Assembly (NCBI GenBank): GCA_964594755.1
Contig: CAZQMO010000005.1
Location: forward strand, 1,144-65,143
Reading direction: 5' to 3'
From: an uncultured Candidatus Saccharibacteria bacterium
GTDB lineage: Bacteria; Patescibacteriota; Doudnabacteria; UBA920
Length of the DNA: 64,000 nt
How positions within the stretch are numbered: position 1 is the stretch's first letter; each line of letters opens with the position of its first letter. The notes under the pieces are model-generated. The model ran no database searches and had not been told where the DNA came from. It was given only the letters and a program-made list of their open reading frames with translations. Shown here piece after piece: positions 57,803 through 64,000 of the stretch. A program made the translations under genes and the position numbers.

Positions 57803-58660
57803 TTATTTTGTAACGGTTCCTGATATATTTTTTATTCCCATAACAAGCACTTCAAACCCTTCACCTAAATCCATAACATAATAGTCTATAAGCTCATTAC
57901 TTTGTTTTGCATCAAGTGTACCAAAATAATTTTGACTCAAGAGCACATTGGCTTGCTGCATTTTATAAGTCACAGCACTAGAAGATGGTATACCCTGATG
58001 AGAATAGATGTTCTTTAAGGCGCGATAGTCATACTCATCTGGCTCTTGCATGTTCGCAGCTGTCTCTACGGTATAAAACGCATTCATACAACTTTTAGCA
58101 TCATTGGGATCCAGATATCTCATCGGGGAACCAAAAGTCCACCCTAATCCCCAGCAAAGTATTTTTTGACGAATAATATCATTACCATATTCTGACTTGG
58201 GATCAAATAGATAATAATCATTGAGCGCGACAGTACCGCCATGAATATAACCATTCGGGGCAACGTACATTGCTGCGATGGCTGGATAGACTCCTTGTTC
58301 AGAAAAATTACAAATATTCATTTTTTCTGGATCTAATCTGATTGGATTGCACTCAAAATCACCCCCGGCAATTTCTTCATAATCAACCAAACCACTTGCC
58401 TCCCAAATACCTATCGCCTTATTGATTGGGGGCTGCCACTGGAAAGAAGTATGATTAAGCAAAGGTATGCTTACTGGAAAATCCTCTGAATGTGGCCAAT
58501 GAGGAGAATTTTCATCCGCACTTGAAAATAACGCGCTAGGAGGATTTGCGCTGTAATAACGCCAATAACCTAACCCTCCCGCCATCACAACAACTAACAG
58601 AATCAGCATTAAATGCTGCCGTGTTATTCTTTGCTTACTCAATATCGGCTGATTTGCCAT
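57803..58660 (-). CDS. hypothetical membrane-anchored extracytoplasmic protein
   Basis: 285 aa; N-terminal TM segment; no catalytic motif recognised. Confidence 0.45.
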   Translation of the reverse strand: MANQPILSKQRITRQHLMLILLVVVMAGGLGYWRYYSANPPSALFSSADENSPHWPHSEDFPVSIPLLNHTSFQWQPPINKAIGIWEASGLVDYEEIAGGDFECNPIRLDPEKMNICNFSEQGVYPAIAAMYVAPNGYIHGGTVALNDYYLFDPKSEYGNDIIRQKILCWGLGWTFGSPMRYLDPNDAKSCMNAFYTVETAANMQEPDEYDYRALKNIYSHQGIPSSSAVTYKMQQANVLLSQNYFGTLDAKQSNELIDYYVMDLGEGFEVLVMGIKNISGTVTK

Positions 58661-58799
58661 ATAATCCTTTGCCCTCCAATAATGATAATGTTACTTTAAT
58701 TATAAAAGAAATTATCCTAACCCTATATTGCTTATCCACAGCAGAGATTATGCTACGATAAAAATACTGAATTCAAAAAACTAAAATGGAGGAAATACA

Positions 58800-59486
58800 A
58801 TGACCGCAAGAGAATTTTTTGTGCGATCTGGGATTGTGACTTTTTATGTGGTTATGGTGATGTTGATTGGGCTTACAGGTTGGGTATTCCTCTACAAGAA
58901 CTTGTACGCTCATTACTTCATTACCCCAAGAACAGAACCAGCATCAATCGAAGTTGTTAATAAAGTTGAAAGTCAACTTGCTATGGTTAGTGATAGCTAT
59001 GGCTACTACGGCTCTGGCTGTCAGCTAACCAAAGAGGTTGTCATGGCCTCGCGACATCAGGTAGGCAATATCATTCTTGATCAACTAATCGGGGTCGAAG
59101 TCGATGTGTTTATCAATGATAAAAAAGCAAGAGTGATGAAATACTCCTCTACGCCGGGAGACATTGTCTTTCTGACCACCAACATGGAGGCGAATCCTGA
59201 GGTCGACAACTCTGTGTTCTCGAAGATTGCCCCACAGATAAACCAAACCGTCTACACTAAGGGTTACCCCGGCAGCATTAACAACCTCTTTCAAGGTGCT
59301 AAGATAATCAAAGTCGAAAGCAATGTGCAGGGCTTCACCGAATTTACCATCAGTAGCGATTATGTGGAACTGGGAATTTCTGGTAGCTGCATCTATGATT
59401 CTGGTGGAAATATTCTAGGGGTTATTAAAAAAAAGGAAAGCTTGCCGCCGCACATTGCGATAGTGACGCATGTGCAAGGTTATTAA
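58800..59486 (+). CDS. membrane-anchored trypsin-like (S1-family) serine protease, tentative
   Basis: 228 aa. N-terminal TM segment. GISGSCIYDSGGNILGV resembles the GDSGG active-site region. A candidate His lies in ASRHQVGN. Confidence 0.4.
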   Translation: MTAREFFVRSGIVTFYVVMVMLIGLTGWVFLYKNLYAHYFITPRTEPASIEVVNKVESQLAMVSDSYGYYGSGCQLTKEVVMASRHQVGNIILDQLIGVEVDVFINDKKARVMKYSSTPGDIVFLTTNMEANPEVDNSVFSKIAPQINQTVYTKGYPGSINNLFQGAKIIKVESNVQGFTEFTISSDYVELGISGSCIYDSGGNILGVIKKKESLPPHIAIVTHVQGY

Positions 59487-59517
59487 AAAAGCGTACAGAA
59501 CCTTCTGTACGCTTTCA

Positions 59518-60003
59518 TTATTTCTTTTGCTCTTTGAGAGTCTGCAATTCATCCATGATTTTTTGCATGTGGGTTTGCAGTTCGTTCAAAGTTTTCATCG
59601 TGGCTGCATCATGAAGATCAGCTTCTTCATCATCCTTCTCGATTCCTTCGACGTCCTCTTGAATCTCATCAATATCTTTTTCGATTTCATCAATGTCTTT
59701 CTCGATTCCTTCGACGTCTTCGGCAATCTCTTCAATATCTTCTTCGACATCAGCTAAACTTTGAGTGTTTCGATTGACAGTAATCTGAATAAACAAGGCC
59801 AGATAAATTGCTTCCAAAGATACAGCTGTTGTGAGCACCAATAAAATGGTATTTAGTTCGACACCAAACTTCACAAAAGCAAAAGCAGTAATAAATACGA
59901 TTGTATGAACAACAATAGAAGCCGGTGAGCCAATCCATGAGGTAACCCTGTCTGCCCAAGCTTCCAATTGTGTCATCGTCTTTTTTGTGTGTCTTGCAAC
60001 CAT
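59518..60003 (-). CDS. DUF1003-family membrane protein with acidic tandem repeats
   Basis: 161 aa. Two TM segments then IQITVNRNTQ (DUF1003-like). The repeated EDVEGIEKDIDEIEKDIDEIQEDVEGIEKD is encoded by a ~60-bp tandem DNA repeat at 59640-59760. Confidence 0.55.
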   Translation of the reverse strand: MVARHTKKTMTQLEAWADRVTSWIGSPASIVVHTIVFITAFAFVKFGVELNTILLVLTTAVSLEAIYLALFIQITVNRNTQSLADVEEDIEEIAEDVEGIEKDIDEIEKDIDEIQEDVEGIEKDDEEADLHDAATMKTLNELQTHMQKIMDELQTLKEQKK

Positions 60004-60123
60004 GATGGCTCCTTTCCTAATTAATTACGGCAACAAAAAAATACTTCCCTGCCACGAGTATTAAATTCATCTAAATTATAGCATTTTTTCATGATTTGTC
60101 AAGAAATCTGCTATAATGTGATT

Positions 60124-61758
60124 ATGAACCTCGAGGGTTTGAAACAAAATTTCAAAGGCGAAATTACAACTGATGAAGCTACACTAAATAAATTTTCTCG
60201 CGATGCGAGCATTTTTGAAATTCACCCAACTGCTGTGGTCAGCCCCCAAGATGCTGCTGATGTGTGCGCCTTGGTAAAATATGTGAATGCCAATAAAGCT
60301 GAACAGCCAGAACTCTCCCTTACTCCTCGCGCTGGCGGTACTGACATGACTGGCGGGAGTATTAACGATTCAATCATCATCAATCTCGAACATCTAAACC
60401 ATATAACTAATCTCACTAGTGAAGCAGTTGAAACTGGGCCAGGAGTATTTTTTAGAGACCTTGAGCCTAAACTGCTTGCCAAAAATGTGATTATGCCAGC
60501 TTACCCAGTTTCTAAAGCTTGGTGTGCCACTGGTGGTATGGTTGGAAACAATGCGGGCGGTGAAAAAACTTTCAAATTTGGGCAGATCAAAAATTATGTT
60601 GCCGGACTTGATGTAGTCTTAGCTGATGGAAATAGTTATCATGTTAAACCATTATCCCCTGCCGAGCTAGAACAAAAAATTGCCAAAGGTGATTTTGAAG
60701 GCCAACTCTACCAACAAGTTTATGAGTTAATCCGGCAAAACTACCAAAAAATTCAAAAAGCCAAACCAACTACCTCTAAAAACTCAGCTGGTTATTTTCT
60801 TTGGGATGTTTGGGATAACCAAACTTTCGACCTCACTAAGTTATTTGTAGGTTCGCAAGGCACACTGGGCATAATTACTAATATTCAGTGGAAACTGGTA
60901 CCTGTTGAACGAGGTCGCCAACTCATTGTTTTCTATCTCCACGACCTTAAACTACTTGGTGAGATCATTAATCACGTTAATGAACTCAAGCCGGAAAGTT
61001 TTGAAGTGTTTGATGATCAGACTTTTCGTTTAGCTATCAAATATTGGCCAGAAATGCTTGCTCGGATGAAAGGTTCTAAATTCAAGCTCTTGCGTCAATT
61101 TTTGCCAGATATGTGGAGCTTTATGACCGGAGGTTTACCAAAACTGGTGTTGTTAGCAGAATTTACTGCACCAACCCAAGAACAGGCCGCAAAAGCCGCT
61201 CACGAAGCTGCCCAAAACTTAAACCAACACTTCAATCTATCTGTAAAAGTTTGTAAAACCTTTGAGCAAGCTCAAAAATATTGGACTTTTCGCCGAGAAA
61301 GCTACAATCTGTTACGCCAACATAATGCTCGTAAAATCAGCGCACCGTTTATCGAAGACATCGCTGTTCATCCTGATCAACTCCCAAGTTTCATTCCCAA
61401 ACTCAACAAAATTATTCAACGCTATCCTGACTTTATTTCTACTCTCGCTGGTCACGCAGGTGATGCTAATTTTCATATTATTCCTTTGATAGATTTATCT
61501 ACCGAGGAACACCGCCGCCAAGTCGTGGAGATGAGTAACGCCGTGTTTGATTTAGTTAAAGAATACGATGGCACAATTACGGCAGAGCATAACGACGGCT
61601 TAGTGCGTGGTCCATTCTTAGAACACATGTATGGCACGGAAATATTTGGATTGTTCAAACAAGTCAAACAAATCTTTGACCCTCAAAACATTTTCAATCC
61701 TCATAAAAAGACTGACGCTGACATGCAGTACTACACCGAACATCTCAGACACAACTAA
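60124..61758 (+). CDS. FAD-binding oxidase (PCMH-type FAD domain; GlcD / D-lactate dehydrogenase-like)
   Basis: Roughly 545 aa from MNLEGLKQ. RAGGTDMTGG FAD-binding region. The ATG lies 6 nt after a TATAAT box, suggesting a leaderless transcript. Confidence 0.65.
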   Translation: MNLEGLKQNFKGEITTDEATLNKFSRDASIFEIHPTAVVSPQDAADVCALVKYVNANKAEQPELSLTPRAGGTDMTGGSINDSIIINLEHLNHITNLTSEAVETGPGVFFRDLEPKLLAKNVIMPAYPVSKAWCATGGMVGNNAGGEKTFKFGQIKNYVAGLDVVLADGNSYHVKPLSPAELEQKIAKGDFEGQLYQQVYELIRQNYQKIQKAKPTTSKNSAGYFLWDVWDNQTFDLTKLFVGSQGTLGIITNIQWKLVPVERGRQLIVFYLHDLKLLGEIINHVNELKPESFEVFDDQTFRLAIKYWPEMLARMKGSKFKLLRQFLPDMWSFMTGGLPKLVLLAEFTAPTQEQAAKAAHEAAQNLNQHFNLSVKVCKTFEQAQKYWTFRRESYNLLRQHNARKISAPFIEDIAVHPDQLPSFIPKLNKIIQRYPDFISTLAGHAGDANFHIIPLIDLSTEEHRRQVVEMSNAVFDLVKEYDGTITAEHNDGLVRGPFLEHMYGTEIFGLFKQVKQIFDPQNIFNPHKKTDADMQYYTEHLRHN

Positions 61759-61778
61759 AACTCAGATTACTCTGAGTT

Positions 61779-63173
61779 TTATTGTTGCGGATCAAACATA
61801 GAGGGAGCCAGCTTTTCACCTGCAAGAAAACTGGCTATTTTGCGACCTCCAAAGATTGAAGGCAATAAGCCTACGCCGTTACAACCAAGATTGTAAAATA
61901 AAATTGGATTGTGTGGTTCTGGACCGATTAATCTAACGCCATTCGGGGTAAAACCCATCAATCCATGCCACAAAAATTTATAATGCAGTCGATCATGGAC
62001 TTTCAGCTGGTAAGTTTTTTGCAAAAAATTGTTAAATTGGTGTAAAGCAAAATCTGGATAAGGCTCTTGATGATCATAATTTGCTGTATCTTCTAGTAAA
62101 GTTTCGGGGCCACCTAAACAAACCAAAGTTGAGCTTTGATTATCAATTTGCATAGGACGCTTTGTTAAATAAAAATATGCTTCCTCAGAAAAAATATCTC
62201 GTCTAGGATTAGTCATCCCTTTCGGCAGAAAGCTGGTCTCCCCTGCCGGCACCAAACGATCTTCTATATAGCCAGCCATATAACCAACAATACCTCTCAC
62301 AGAATAATGAAACTTGCTGTCAATTTCTGGACCGTTCTCATTAATAATTTTGAAGTTTTCAAACCCGTTAGTACACAACACCACTTTGTCTGTGGTAATT
62401 TTATGACCCTGATTAGTTGTGAGCAAAGCATGATTCTGCTTTAAGAGCAATTCTTCAATTTTAGTATCTTCAAATAATTGAAGGCGTTCAGGATAGCGTT
62501 CTAACATCCAACAAACCAATTGCTCACAAAGGATCGCACTATTGGCTGTGCCTTTAGGGGTTTGCAGTAATCCGATATAACTATCGTCTTTTGATTGCAG
62601 TAATGCCAAAATATCAGCATGACTCGCCAGAGTATAAAATGGCTGATACTTTTTTGGAATTTGATCGAGCCAAGACTGAGTGTCTGAAATCAACATCGGT
62701 TCGGTTGGCAAGCCGCCCTGCGTACGAAGTCTATTGTCTTCCAAAAAAGCAAAGATTTGCTCTTTGGTTTGGATGGCTGTGTAACCAGTAAATTTTTGAA
62801 CTGGTACGTTAAGATGTGTATCAGCGATCATTTGATCTAGCAAATCCCAAGCGCTGTCCATATCACGTTGGCCACTGCTTGCCATTTCTAAACCAAATTC
62901 TGAAACCAAGTCACGAAAACTTCGCTCAAAGTAAGTTGCCAAAAATCCGCCATTGTGGCCGCTGGCCCCATGAGCCACACGTCTCGCTTCGATAATGGCT
63001 ATCCTAGGAATACTGGTGTGCTTGAGCAAAAAATAGGCGCTCGCTACCCCGGCGATACCTGCGCCAATAACCACAATCTCAACTTTCTCGTCCTCATCCA
63101 ATTTTTTTGTTGGACGGCGACAAGTTGAATATTGAAGCCAAGGTGAAAAATTATGTTTTGATTTCTGTATCAT
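61779..63173 (-). CDS. FAD-dependent oxidoreductase (DAO-like)
   Basis: 464 aa; N-terminal Rossmann fold VVIGAGIAGVASAYFL. Confidence 0.6.
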   Translation of the reverse strand: MIQKSKHNFSPWLQYSTCRRPTKKLDEDEKVEIVVIGAGIAGVASAYFLLKHTSIPRIAIIEARRVAHGASGHNGGFLATYFERSFRDLVSEFGLEMASSGQRDMDSAWDLLDQMIADTHLNVPVQKFTGYTAIQTKEQIFAFLEDNRLRTQGGLPTEPMLISDTQSWLDQIPKKYQPFYTLASHADILALLQSKDDSYIGLLQTPKGTANSAILCEQLVCWMLERYPERLQLFEDTKIEELLLKQNHALLTTNQGHKITTDKVVLCTNGFENFKIINENGPEIDSKFHYSVRGIVGYMAGYIEDRLVPAGETSFLPKGMTNPRRDIFSEEAYFYLTKRPMQIDNQSSTLVCLGGPETLLEDTANYDHQEPYPDFALHQFNNFLQKTYQLKVHDRLHYKFLWHGLMGFTPNGVRLIGPEPHNPILFYNLGCNGVGLLPSIFGGRKIASFLAGEKLAPSMFDPQQ

Positions 63174-63192
63174 GAGTTAAACTAGAAGATTA

Positions 63193-64000
63193 TCACTTCC
63201 CGAAAAATACAGCATCGAGAACACTGGAAAAGACACTCCGACTATTGCTATAGGTGCTTTCTCTGACGCTTGCTCGACGTCCGCCAAAACTACTTTTATA
63301 ACCTCCACCATGATGTAGAGCAATATCGTACCCACCACGCCACCAAGGTTCAAACACGACAAGACCATTAAACAGTTCCTCACCATCACGAGCAAATAAT
63401 TTAGCGTGCGGACCACCGCCTTGAGCAGGTATAACTCCAATCTCCATCCCACTTTCACTAGCCTTCGCATTTCCAGAAGCGACTCGTAATCCTAAATTAA
63501 AATTACCATCATACGCAAAAAATTCTTTTTCAATTAGAATATCTTCATCATAAATGCGGACATGTGGTCCGCCGCCAGGACCTGGAACGGTAACCAATCC
63601 ACCTGGGACCACTCGAGATGAACGTCTAGTGGAACTTCTTCCAGATGGAATCACTGCCACATCCACTCCGCCACGAAAATTCGTCTCATAAGGAAAAAAG
63701 TCCTTTATTATGGTGCCGTTAGGTTTAAAGATTTTGACATGAGGTCCACCGCCAGGACCTGCCCCTGTTGCAATTTCAGCTACTCCATCATTATCGATAT
63801 CTGCGGCACTAATAAACACCCCGCCTGTAAAGCTTCCATCATAGGCAAAGAAATCTCTAATATCCGAATTATTTATGGGTGTGCCGTTGGCACGGAAAAT
63901 CCGGATATGAGGTCCGCCGCCAGGGCCTGGCGCGGTTATTATTTCGGCAACACCGTCATCGTCCACATCTGCTACTGCCACATCCACCCCGCCACGAAAA
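63193..64000 (-). CDS. FG-GAP / VCBS-like repeat protein, N-terminus beyond the window end
   Basis: Repeated D.DNDGVAEI..G.GPGGGPH.(R/K)IF units of the beta-propeller type. Confidence 0.6.
   Translation of the reverse strand, partial: FRGGVDVAVADVDDDGVAEIITAPGPGGGPHIRIFRANGTPINNSDIRDFFAYDGSFTGGVFISAADIDNDGVAEIATGAGPGGGPHVKIFKPNGTIIKDFFPYETNFRGGVDVAVIPSGRSSTRRSSRVVPGGLVTVPGPGGGPHVRIYDEDILIEKEFFAYDGNFNLGLRVASGNAKASESGMEIGVIPAQGGGPHAKLFARDGEELFNGLVVFEPWWRGGYDIALHHGGGYKSSFGGRRASVRESTYSNSRSVFSSVLDAVFFGK

Noticed and set aside
63193-64000. FG-GAP repeat protein, or any target with template/variable repeats, as a diversity-generating retroelement
   Set aside because: No reverse transcriptase gene and no near-identical TR/VR pair with adenine-specific mismatches was seen in the window.

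Overview
This window is a low-GC, compact bacterial chromosome segment with a reduced, aminoacyl-tRNA-synthetase-rich gene set, possibly CPR/Patescibacteria-like (inference only). It is dominated on the minus strand by the S10-spc ribosomal-protein operon and the str operon. The S10 run is L14(partial)-S17-L29-L16-S3-L22-S19-L2-L23-L4-L3-S10. The str operon is rpsL-rpsG-fusA...tuf. Two insertions interrupt this backbone. A four-gene isoprenoid / C30-carotenoid-like cluster (CrtN-like desaturase, CrtM/CrtB-like synthase, polyprenyl synthase, UbiA prenyltransferase) plus an acidic YefM-like gene sits between fusA and tuf. An Abi-alpha-like gene plus a GC-richer membrane-anchored ORF sits between tuf and the S10 operon. 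The rest is housekeeping and envelope genes: leuS, metG, glyQS, glyA, pnp, rpsO, tgt, xerC-like, dus, rsuA-like, nfo, tatD, uppP, parB, a P-type ATPase, an ABC exporter, DUF2207, VIT, MazG, TspO, and M50/M16/M15/S1/C39-like peptidases. There are four intact tRNAs: Pro-GGG, Leu-CAA, Arg-GCG and Arg-UCU. Features not explained by the gene list are: (i) a GC-rich nested-palindrome repeat family in three copies, one inserted in-frame inside tatD; (ii) a conserved bipartite leader motif shared by the rpsL leader and two tRNA-leader modules; (iii) tRNA genes accompanied by partial tRNA duplicates (a 5' half, 3' ends, and a 22-nt direct repeat), which look like att-like scars, one pair bracketing an orphan parB; (iv) unusually long, hairpin-containing spacers inside the S10 operon; (v) a dispersed set of plus-strand, GC-richer hypothetical genes, each with a near-consensus sigma70 promoter, GGAGG RBS and intrinsic terminator, including a two-gene HTH-protein island next to rpsL; and (vi) several apparently leaderless mRNAs. 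No CRISPR array, rRNA gene or obvious reverse transcriptase/DGR was seen. All calls are from motif recognition by eye; no searches were run.
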